Both the position numbers and the translations under genes were made by a program. A stretch of 16,317 nucleotides of DNA, taken from Candidatus Undinarchaeota archaeon. GTDB lineage: Archaea; SpSt-1190. The notes beneath the pieces are model-generated. The model was not told the origin of the DNA. It was given only the letters and a program-made list of their open reading frames with translations, and made no database searches. This document shows positions 1-6,401 of the stretch, piece after piece (positions within the stretch are counted from its first letter, which is position 1; every line of letters begins with the position of its first letter). Location: NCBI GenBank assembly GCA_964549355.1, contig CAZJUS010000019.1, positions 1 through 16,317 of the forward strand. Direction: 5' to 3'.

Positions 1-2
1 TC

Positions 3-137
3 TGGATGCTGAATCTTCTTGACACCACACTGGCCATAGGTGGACTCTTGCAGGCAGGCATTTACACGGCGTCGTCAGTAATTTTCCTGATTATTCTCTA
101 CAAAGTTTGGAACAAATTGAAAGTGGTGGAGTCATGA
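3..137 (+). CDS. 5'-truncated membrane protein (C-terminal 44 aa)
   Basis: Open frame from the window edge: WMLNLLDTTLAIGGLLQAGIYTASSVIFLIILYKVWNKLKVVES*. It has a hydrophobic TM-like stretch followed by basic residues. TGA 135-137 overlaps the next ATG (ATGA). Not in the ORF track. Confidence 0.75.
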   Translation, partial: WMLNLLDTTLAIGGLLQAGIYTASSVIFLIILYKVWNKLKVVES

Positions 138-409
138 ACAAAAAAAGGGATAGGCTGGAGATAATCTACGATTTCCTCAATGTCGTCCGGAAGCATGACA
201 ATTCCATCAAACCAACCCCTTTGCTCCGGTTCTCAAACCTGTCGTCGCAGAGATTCAAGGAGTATCTGTCCGAACTGGAGGAGAAGGGTTTTGTAAAAGT
301 TCTTGAGAACAAGAAAGGCAGGAAAAAAATCACCTTGACTGACAAGGGCTTTCAGTTCCTGCAGAAATACAAAACCATCCGCGGGTTCATTGATGAATTC
401 GGATTGTAA
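134..409 (+). CDS. Winged helix-turn-helix transcriptional regulator (archaeal HTH_45/COG3432-like)
   Basis: MNKKRDRLEIIYDFL...PTPLLRFSNLS...YLSELEEKGFV...ITLTDKGFQFL is the typical small archaeal wHTH pattern. ATG 134 is preferred over TTG 107 because of the GGTGGAG SD at 125-131 and the ATGA overlap. Confidence 0.88.
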   Translation: MNKKRDRLEIIYDFLNVVRKHDNSIKPTPLLRFSNLSSQRFKEYLSELEEKGFVKVLENKKGRKKITLTDKGFQFLQKYKTIRGFIDEFGL

Positions 410-433
410 AAAATTCCCAAAAAAGAAAAAAAA
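408..433 (-). terminator. Oligo-T tract, probable terminator of the CxxC-x17-CxxC gene
   Basis: A-runs on + (aaaaaattcccaaaaaagaaaaaaaa) read as oligo-T on the minus strand downstream of the stop at 479. Oligo-T termination is typical of archaea. Confidence 0.5.
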
Positions 434-478
434 TCCTTTGTTTTAATTTAACCGGAGAACCGGCCAGAACCAAAACCT

Positions 479-643
479 TTAGCCGCGTCTCTTGGCGAAA
501 CATTCCTTGCAGTAGACAGGCCTGTCGCCTGAGGGCTTGAACGGAACTTCGCATTCCTTTCCGCACTCTGCGCAGACTGCCTTATGCATTTCACGGGGGC
601 CACTGAACGACTTTCGCCGTCCGCCTCCTTTGAATTCTGACAT
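479..643 (-). CDS. CxxC-x17-CxxC domain small zinc-binding protein (54 aa)
   Basis: Hand translation: MSEFKGGGRRKSFSGPREMHKAVCAECGKECEVPFKPSGDRPVYCKECFAKRRG*. CAEC and CKEC are 17 residues apart, with the family signature VPFKPxxxRPVYC. Strong SD AGGAGGAG at about 649-656 (minus). Too short for the ORF track. Confidence 0.93.
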   Translation of the reverse strand: MSEFKGGGRRKSFSGPREMHKAVCAECGKECEVPFKPSGDRPVYCKECFAKRRG

Positions 644-678
644 TCTTTCTCCTCCTATAGTGATAGGTGCATTCGGGG

Positions 679-694
679 TTTAAAACGTTTTAAA
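679..694. promoter_or_regulatory. Perfect 16-bp palindrome TTTAAAACGTTTTAAA containing the probable TATA box of the CxxC-x17-CxxC gene
   Basis: Self-complementary sequence read directly. It contains TTTTAAA on the minus strand about 36 nt upstream of ATG 643. Confidence 0.5.
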
Positions 695-704
695 AAAGAA
701 AAAA
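692..704 (-). terminator. Oligo-T tract, probable terminator for the minus-strand HIT transcript
   Basis: aaaaaagaaaaaa on + is a T-run on the minus strand downstream of the HIT stop. Confidence 0.45.
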
Positions 705-764
705 TCAACTGCACTGAGCCGAACTGGTGCCTGCCGCGCTTCTTGTGCAAAAACCTTACAGTTT

Positions 765-1259
765 TCAATATGTTTCAGGTTGCAAGCTCTGGTATGTTTC
801 GAATCTCGTCTTTAGTTCTTCACATATACTCTGCAGCTCTTCCTCAGGGATATCAAGCCTCGGGAAGCCCGAAGACCTGTCAAGGATGATTTTTGAACTT
901 CCGTCTTCGTTGTAAAAGGCCTTGCTGTTTTTTATGATGTGATAGTGGAGGTGCTCCGAAACGCGCGAGCATCCGTCTCCGGACTTGATCCAGAAACGAT
1001 ACGGACCATCCGCATCCCCGAAAATCTCAGGTATTTTGTAGATTATATTGAGGTCCTTCAGCTCCCTGTCAGTCAGCTCGGATACATTCGTGACATGCCT
1101 CTTGAAGAAGTACACGAGATGCAACTCGGAAAGGGGCTCCGGATCAAGGGAAAGGCATCCCGTCGGAGTCTCAAAAAAGACATACGAAGCCCTCTTGCCT
1201 TCAAGCACCTCACAAAAGAGGCAACCATCTTCCCTGCGGACTTCTTCGGATGCCTGCAT
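765..1259 (-). CDS. HIT (histidine triad) family nucleotide hydrolase
   Basis: N-terminal CLFC, LDPEP-x4-HLV..KRH and the triad HLHYHII (HxHxH-hydrophobic). SD AGGTGA at 1264-1269 (minus). Confidence 0.85.
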   Translation of the reverse strand: MQASEEVRREDGCLFCEVLEGKRASYVFFETPTGCLSLDPEPLSELHLVYFFKRHVTNVSELTDRELKDLNIIYKIPEIFGDADGPYRFWIKSGDGCSRVSEHLHYHIIKNSKAFYNEDGSSKIILDRSSGFPRLDIPEEELQSICEELKTRFETYQSLQPETY

Positions 1260-1293
1260 ATTATCACCTAAAAGTAACAGCGTAAACCAAAGC

Positions 1294-1301
1294 TTTATAT
1301 A
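1294..1301. promoter_or_regulatory. TATA box in the divergent HIT/TrmB intergenic region
   Basis: TTTATATA preceded by an A-rich BRE-like stretch (ccaaagc), ending 24 nt before trmB ATG 1325 (leaderless geometry). The AT run could also serve the HIT gene. Confidence 0.65.
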
Positions 1302-1324
1302 TTAGGCACAACTTAAGTGGTTGT

Positions 1325-2041
1325 ATGAATCTCGAGCTGCTTGGGCTGAACAGATATGAAGCTGCATGCTACGAGTCGCTGGTCCGCTTTGGAAAAGCCT
1401 CCGCACCGGCAATAAGCCGGGATTCGGGCGTCCCTTATGGGAGGATTTATGATACGCTGGACAGCCTCGTCAATAAGGGCCTGGCCGTCGTGGTCCCCGA
1501 AAAAACAAAGAAGTTCTCGCCGGCCGACCCGGCCGAGCTTGGAAAACTCCTGACCCGGAAAGAGAAGGAGCTCCAGAAGCTCAGGCAAAGCATAAGCCAA
1601 CTAAAAAAAATTTACAAAGAAGCAAAAGAAGAGCCTGTGGAAATCGTAAAAGGAAAAAGAAACTTTTACAAAATAATCAGGAAGCTGCCCGTATCAAAGA
1701 AGAGCTCGTATATGTTTAAATTCACAGGGGAGTTCGTTCCCCGATTCGTGAATCACACTGAAGTCCATTTGAGAAGTGGGGTGGATGTAAGACACTTCGT
1801 CAAATATGACAGCGAGACTCGGAAAACTTTTGAAAAATGGAAAGCAAAATTCCCGGATCTGAAAATGAAAAAGTTTGAATTTGACAAAGTTGCCGGGAGG
1901 ATTGTTGATGAAGAACTGGTCTGGTTCGCACTTGTTGAGTCGAATGTGAATATCATAATAAGGGATTCAAATTTTGCAAGGCTGATGAAAAAACTTTTTG
2001 AGCTTGCGTGGGAAAAAAAGACAAAAAATGCCGGTGCTTAA
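1325..2041 (+). CDS. TrmB family transcriptional regulator
   Basis: LGLNRYEAACYESL...ISRDSGVPYGRIYDTLDSLVNKGL is the TrmB wHTH. It is followed by a coiled coil and a C-terminal effector-like domain (IVDEELVWF...FELAWE). Confidence 0.92.
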   Translation: MNLELLGLNRYEAACYESLVRFGKASAPAISRDSGVPYGRIYDTLDSLVNKGLAVVVPEKTKKFSPADPAELGKLLTRKEKELQKLRQSISQLKKIYKEAKEEPVEIVKGKRNFYKIIRKLPVSKKSSYMFKFTGEFVPRFVNHTEVHLRSGVDVRHFVKYDSETRKTFEKWKAKFPDLKMKKFEFDKVAGRIVDEELVWFALVESNVNIIIRDSNFARLMKKLFELAWEKKTKNAGA

Positions 2042-3111
2042 CTGCACGCGGCCGTGTTTGAAGCTGTTGTTGTCTCATCAAGTCCAAAGCCGGGAGAAGG
2101 TGTTGCAGAACTCAGACTGCTATTGCACTCTTCCGGTGCTTCATTGAAAGCACTGCACACAGTTGCAAGCAGGCTCGCAGGATCCCGGGCAGTGCCGACG
2201 GCCTGGCCGTTCACAACCAGCGTTGGTGAACCCCGGACCCCATACTTGACATTTTCTGCATCATGTATGCCGAAGTGGGGGTAGTTGCCCATCCATGTCG
2301 ATTTGTCTTCATAGTCCGCAGTAATGCCGAAACTTTCGTCAGTTTCATTCACACATGTTTCCAATGAAGCTCTGTCCAATCCAACCTCAGTCAAGCATCC
2401 TTCCCGGTCCCCTGCTTTCAGGAAGCAGTAAAGGTAGTCTGTAAGCTGGTCCGGGTTGTCCTTTTCTATGCAGTACTGCCACATTTGTTCATTCATTTCC
2501 TTTTGGCCGTGCATTGCGTAATTCACAAACTTGAGCTGGAAGTCAATTTTGTCGCCCAGCGTATCAAGGACAGGCAGCATGCCTTTCTCCATCTGTGTTC
2601 CGTAGGGGCAGTATGCCATTACGAAAAGCTCCACTGTCGGCTTGCTGGACTTTGGAATGCCCGTTGCCGTGCCCTGGCTCGGCGCTTTTGCAGCCGCATC
2701 AGCAAGCGCCTTGGTGACAGCTGTGTTGATTACGCTCGGAAACAGAAGCTTGCCGTCCTTTGTTACATAAGACTGGTACTTCGTCCCGGAGATTGTCATG
2801 TTGAGCTCAATCAGCCCGTAAACTTCGTCAATTGAATTCAGCTGCGCTTCAGCCCCCTGAAGCAGATACTGGTTGATGAACGCAATTGTATTGCCTGCCA
2901 CAACTTCATCCGGCAGTTTTTTGCTGAACGTATTGCTGTAATCGCCTACAAAAAAGGAAGCCACCAGCAGGACCGCTACAACAGCAGTTGTTGCCTGCCA
3001 GAATGCTGTACTCTTTAAGGCCGACGCCATTCGCTTTGCAATCACTGTCGCAGTCATTGTCTTCCCTGTCTTTTTCTTTGAAGTCTTGGCCTTGGTGTCT
3101 TTCTTCGCCAT
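2038..3111 (-). CDS. Membrane-anchored thioredoxin-fold (DsbA/GILT-like) protein
   Basis: Basic N-terminus plus TM helix (FWQATTAVVAVLLVASFF). DsbC-like YVTKDGKLLFP, active-site-like VELFVMAYCPYG, cis-Pro loop GSPTLVVNG and several additional Cys. Confidence 0.82.
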   Translation of the reverse strand: MAKKDTKAKTSKKKTGKTMTATVIAKRMASALKSTAFWQATTAVVAVLLVASFFVGDYSNTFSKKLPDEVVAGNTIAFINQYLLQGAEAQLNSIDEVYGLIELNMTISGTKYQSYVTKDGKLLFPSVINTAVTKALADAAAKAPSQGTATGIPKSSKPTVELFVMAYCPYGTQMEKGMLPVLDTLGDKIDFQLKFVNYAMHGQKEMNEQMWQYCIEKDNPDQLTDYLYCFLKAGDREGCLTEVGLDRASLETCVNETDESFGITADYEDKSTWMGNYPHFGIHDAENVKYGVRGSPTLVVNGQAVGTARDPASLLATVCSAFNEAPEECNSSLSSATPSPGFGLDETTTASNTAACS

Positions 3112-3131
3112 GGAGTTTGGAGGTCCAAGCC

Positions 3132-3149
3132 CTTAAATAAGTTTATAAT
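3132..3149. promoter_or_regulatory. Back-to-back TATA boxes of the thioredoxin-like gene (minus) and the dtxR-feo operon (plus)
   Basis: TTATTTAAG on minus (3132-3140) lies about 21 nt before ATG 3111. TTTATAAT on plus (3142-3149) lies about 21 nt before GTG 3170. Confidence 0.65.
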
Positions 3150-3154
3150 AAAGG

Positions 3155-3177
3155 ACCTAAAAGTTAGGTGTGCCTAA
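3155..3177 (+). promoter_or_regulatory. DtxR/MntR-type operator
   Basis: TTAGG-TGTG-CCTAA at 3164-3177 has perfect 5-bp arms matching the TTAGG/CCTAA half-sites known for DtxR/IdeR/MntR-family boxes. There is an extra CCTAA half-site at 3156-3160. The box lies over the start codon of a DtxR-family gene. Confidence 0.8.
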
Positions 3178-3601
3178 ATATTCAAGCGGAGTTGAAGACT
3201 ACCTGAAAGCCATACTGCACATAAGCGGAAAAGGAGGATACGCCCGCACCAAGGACATAGCTGAAGAGCTCAAAGTGAAACCGCCTTCAGTCACGGAAAT
3301 GGTTGTAAAAATGGCCAAAGACAAACTAGTGGATTACGAAAAATACGGCGGTGTGAGGCTGACACGCAAAGGGGAGAAGCTTGCCAAACTAATCAAAGAA
3401 AGGCAGGAGGTGATAGAAAGCCTCTTTGAACTCATGCTGGTGCCGGGAAGGACTGCAAAAAAAGACTCCTGCAAACTGGAGCACCAGCTCAGCCCGGAAA
3501 CCTTGAGCAACCTCAAACTGTTCCTGAAATTTTTGAAAAGCAAGGGGCATTACGAAAAGCTGAAGAAAGATTTCAAAAAAACTAAAGAGGGATATAAATG
3601 A
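3170..3601 (+). CDS. DtxR/MntR family metal-dependent repressor (no fused FeoA domain)
   Basis: VEDYLKAI...ARTKDIAEELKVKPPSVTEMV...YEKYGGVRLTRKG...SCKLEH. Confidence 0.95.
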   Translation: MPKYSSGVEDYLKAILHISGKGGYARTKDIAEELKVKPPSVTEMVVKMAKDKLVDYEKYGGVRLTRKGEKLAKLIKERQEVIESLFELMLVPGRTAKKDSCKLEHQLSPETLSNLKLFLKFLKSKGHYEKLKKDFKKTKEGYK

Positions 3602-3843
3602 TATACATGCCTCTATCGGAGATGCCTGAGGGAAGTGAAGCAGAAGTAGTCGGATTCCGGGGATGCGGCCGTTTTGTCCGAAGGGCAAACAATATTGGCT
3701 TTCATATAGGCGTCAAAATCAAAAAACTCCAAAGTTTCGGAAGGCGTTCCTTGGTCCAGATAGGCAACTTCAAAGTCGGACTGGGAAGGATTGCTTCTCA
3801 AAAAATTTTAGTGAAAGTGAACAAAAGGGAAGTGAATGAATGA
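3598..3843 (+). CDS. feoA: Ferrous iron transport protein A
   Basis: MPLSEMPEG..AEVV...IGFHIGVKIK...KVGLGRIASQKILV is an SH3-like FeoA pattern. ATGA overlaps with both dtxR and feoB. The start may be ATG 3607. Confidence 0.9.
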   Translation: MIYMPLSEMPEGSEAEVVGFRGCGRFVRRANNIGFHIGVKIKKLQSFGRRSLVQIGNFKVGLGRIASQKILVKVNKREVNE

Positions 3844-5732
3844 AAACTGTTGCAGTAATAGGCAATCCAAATGTCGGAAAAACAGCAATATTTAATTTAC
3901 TCACCGGCATGAAACAGCGTGTTGCCAATTGGCCCGGAGTGACAGTCGAAAGAAAAGAAGGGTTCTTAATTGGGTCCAATAAAAAAATAAAGATTGTCGA
4001 CCTCCCGGGAACTTACAGCCTCACTTCAGGAGCAGTAGATGAAAGAATCGCAAAAGATTTTATTGTAAATGGAAACGCAGATGTGATTGTAGACATACTG
4101 GATGCTTCCAATCTGGCACGAAACCTGAACCTTACCCTTCAGTTGATTGAAATGGAACTGCCTTTGATACTCGTACTCAATAAAAGTGACACTGCCCAGC
4201 AAAAAGGTGCAGAAATCGACTGCAAAAAATTGTCCCGGCTTTTAGGGGTGCCGGTCATTGAGACGGTGGCTGTCAAAAACAAAGGAATTGATAAATTAAA
4301 GTCGGCAATTGCAGAAGCCGTGGACGAACCCCGCAGGCCGGCAACCATAAGATACCCTGAAATTGAAGATGCCGTAAAAAGAATTCAGCAGGAATCCCCG
4401 GCCAGGATTCCCAGATGGAAAGCAATTCATATCCTGGAAAATTCATCGCTTTCGGAAGAAACCGGACAAACCGCAATTGAAAAACTTCTGGTTCCAAATG
4501 CCCGATTCTCAAAAATTAAAGCAATAGTTGCTGAAGTTTTCAGGCAGGACAAACAAAAAAATTCTAATTTTTCAGACAAGTTGGACAGACTTGTCCTCAA
4601 CAAGTTTTTAGCACTTCCCATTTTCTTAATTTTGATGTGGTTCACTTTTAACTTTGCATTCAAATTTTCTGTTCCATTCATGGATTGGATTAGTATGGGA
4701 TTCACAACATTAGGTAAATGGGCAAGTTTGCATATTAAATCCCCTTGGATGAATTCACTCTTGGTTGATGGTGTCATATCGGGATTGGGATTCATATTCA
4801 CTTTTGTACCGCCAATTGCATTCCTGTTTTTTGCAATATCCTGGCTGGAGGACAGCGGCTACCTGCCAAGGGCAGCATTCTTCATGGACAAATTCATGTC
4901 AAAAGCAGGGCTCCACGGCCAATCATTCATACCTATGCTGATGGGATTGGGTTGCAATGTTCCAGCAATTATGGCCACCCGGAATATCGACAGTGAAAAA
5001 GACAGGCTCATCACAATCCTTGTGAATCCTTTGATTTCGTGCAGTGCGAGACTGCCGGTGTATGTGTTGCTGGCCGGCGCCTTTTTCCCAGAATCCGCAG
5101 GGACAGTCATCCTTTCAATCTATCTCCTGGGGGTTCTTTTGGCGGTGTTCATGGCATTGATTTTCAGAAAATTCCTGGTGGGAGGCGAACCCCTGCCTTT
5201 CATTTTGGAGCTGCCGGATTACCAATGGCCGGGTTTGAAGGCCACTTTGCTCAAGACTTGGCAGAATGTTGCTGAATTTCTGAAAAAAGCATCCACCTTC
5301 CTGCTGGCAGGCATACTCGTTGTCTGGTTTCTGAACTCCCATCCTTGGGGTGCGGGGCTCGAAAATTCGTACTCGGCGGAAATCGGCAGGGCATTGGAAC
5401 TTGTTTTTAGGCCTCTGGGCTTCAACTGGAAGATAAATGTGGCCCTGCTTTCCGGCTTCACAGCCAAAGAAATGGTGGTGGGAAGCCTTGGCACTTTGTA
5501 TGGAGTGGGAAAAGAAGGGTTGGCCGAAGCAATGACTCAAAGCATGAATGCAATTACAGCATACACTTTCATGGTGTTTGTTTTGATTTATACCCCCTGT
5601 CTGGCAGTGCTTGGGGCCATCAAAAAAGAAACAGGTTCATGGAAGTGGACGGCATTTTCAGTTGCTTATTCACTGCTATTGGCTTATACAGTTGCGTTCA
5701 TGGTGAAAATTATTGGAGGTTTTCTAATTTAA
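3840..5732 (+). CDS. feoB: Ferrous iron transport protein B
   Basis: G1 GNPNVGKT, G2 NWPGVTVE, G3 DLPGTYSL and G4 NKSD. Membrane motifs LEDSGYLPR, GCNVPA, CSARLPVY, FILELP, AKE and YTPC. Confidence 0.98.
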   Translation: MKTVAVIGNPNVGKTAIFNLLTGMKQRVANWPGVTVERKEGFLIGSNKKIKIVDLPGTYSLTSGAVDERIAKDFIVNGNADVIVDILDASNLARNLNLTLQLIEMELPLILVLNKSDTAQQKGAEIDCKKLSRLLGVPVIETVAVKNKGIDKLKSAIAEAVDEPRRPATIRYPEIEDAVKRIQQESPARIPRWKAIHILENSSLSEETGQTAIEKLLVPNARFSKIKAIVAEVFRQDKQKNSNFSDKLDRLVLNKFLALPIFLILMWFTFNFAFKFSVPFMDWISMGFTTLGKWASLHIKSPWMNSLLVDGVISGLGFIFTFVPPIAFLFFAISWLEDSGYLPRAAFFMDKFMSKAGLHGQSFIPMLMGLGCNVPAIMATRNIDSEKDRLITILVNPLISCSARLPVYVLLAGAFFPESAGTVILSIYLLGVLLAVFMALIFRKFLVGGEPLPFILELPDYQWPGLKATLLKTWQNVAEFLKKASTFLLAGILVVWFLNSHPWGAGLENSYSAEIGRALELVFRPLGFNWKINVALLSGFTAKEMVVGSLGTLYGVGKEGLAEAMTQSMNAITAYTFMVFVLIYTPCLAVLGAIKKETGSWKWTAFSVAYSLLLAYTVAFMVKIIGGFLI

Positions 5733-5741
5733 GGTGATTTG

Positions 5742-5951
5742 ATGTTAATGGAGCTTCTTAAAAAAGTGAATAGCGAAAAAATTTCGACTGTAAAAGAATT
5801 GTCTTGCTATTTCGGACAGGAACCTTCGCTGATTTTGGCCCAGCTCGAAATTCTGGAAGATATGGGTTATTTGAAATTCAAAGCTCTAACTGAAAACTGT
5901 GAAAGATGCCCCTTGAGGACTAAATGCAAGTTGAAAGCTAAAATTTTTTGA
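5742..5951 (+). CDS. feoC: FeoC-like wHTH protein with Cys-rich C-terminus
   Basis: Follows feoB, with SD GGTGA at 5733-5737. wHTH-like segment (TVKELS...LEILEDMGYL) plus CERCPLRTKC. TTG 5739 is an alternative start. Confidence 0.8.
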   Translation: MLMELLKKVNSEKISTVKELSCYFGQEPSLILAQLEILEDMGYLKFKALTENCERCPLRTKCKLKAKIF

Positions 5952-6087
5952 GCTTGTCTGCGGTCCTAAAACTCATGCTTTTCGGCCCATATGCATACCC
6001 GCATTTAAGGCAGGCAAATCTTACTGCACTGCCGTGCAGACGCGTGCTTCCGCAGATTGGGCATTTTCTTGGCATTTTAGCAACCAT
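5938..6087 (-). CDS. Small zinc-ribbon protein (49 aa), unknown function
   Basis: Hand translation: MVAKMPRKCPICGSTRLHGSAVRFACLKCGYAYGPKSMSFRTADKLKKF*, with CPICG-x12-CLKCG knuckles. The ATG directly abuts the DUF134 TGA, with GAGGGTG upstream. Not in the ORF track. Confidence 0.72.
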   Translation of the reverse strand: MVAKMPRKCPICGSTRLHGSAVRFACLKCGYAYGPKSMSFRTADKLKKF

Positions 6088-6396
6088 TCATACACCCTCT
6101 TTTGCAGTAACCAGATAATGCCCTCCTTCGATTTTGATGGCCTTGCCCTTCACTATGGCCTCTGCAATTTTGGACCGTGCTGAAGTAATCAGGCGGTTGA
6201 AAGTCGGCTGGGATATGCCCATCCTTTTGGCTGCATCAGCTTGGGACAGCCCCTGCAGGTCGGACAGCCTAAGAGCTTCATACTCCTCGACCGAAAGCAC
6301 CACCACCTCCAGCGAGGCCATGGGAACGCCCTGGGGTTTGAAAAAAACCACCCCGGGCTCCCGGCCAACCCATCTCCTCATTCGGGGTCTCGGCAT
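6088..6396 (-). CDS. DUF134 (UPF0251) HTH DNA-binding protein
   Basis: MPRPRMRRWV...FFKPQGVP...EEYEALRLSDLQGLSQADAAKRMGISQPTFNRLITSARSKIAEAIVKGKAIKIEGG is the DUF134 pattern. ATG 6396 gives the canonical MPRP start; GTG 6405 is an alternative. Confidence 0.93.
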   Translation of the reverse strand: MPRPRMRRWVGREPGVVFFKPQGVPMASLEVVVLSVEEYEALRLSDLQGLSQADAAKRMGISQPTFNRLITSARSKIAEAIVKGKAIKIEGGHYLVTAKEGV

Positions 6397-6401
6397 ATCC
6401 T

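Noticed and set aside
107..133. Longer wHTH start at TTG 107
   Set aside because: It lies inside the upstream membrane gene. ATG 134 has an SD and an ATGA overlap.
449..478. Short AGAACC/CCGG repeats considered as an ncRNA or att site
   Set aside because: Only a 4-5 bp stem is possible, with no tRNA fold or integrase. At most it is a 3'-UTR hairpin.
727..1305. Plus-strand ORFs opposite the HIT gene
   Set aside because: No motifs or SD. The minus-strand HIT ORF explains the region.
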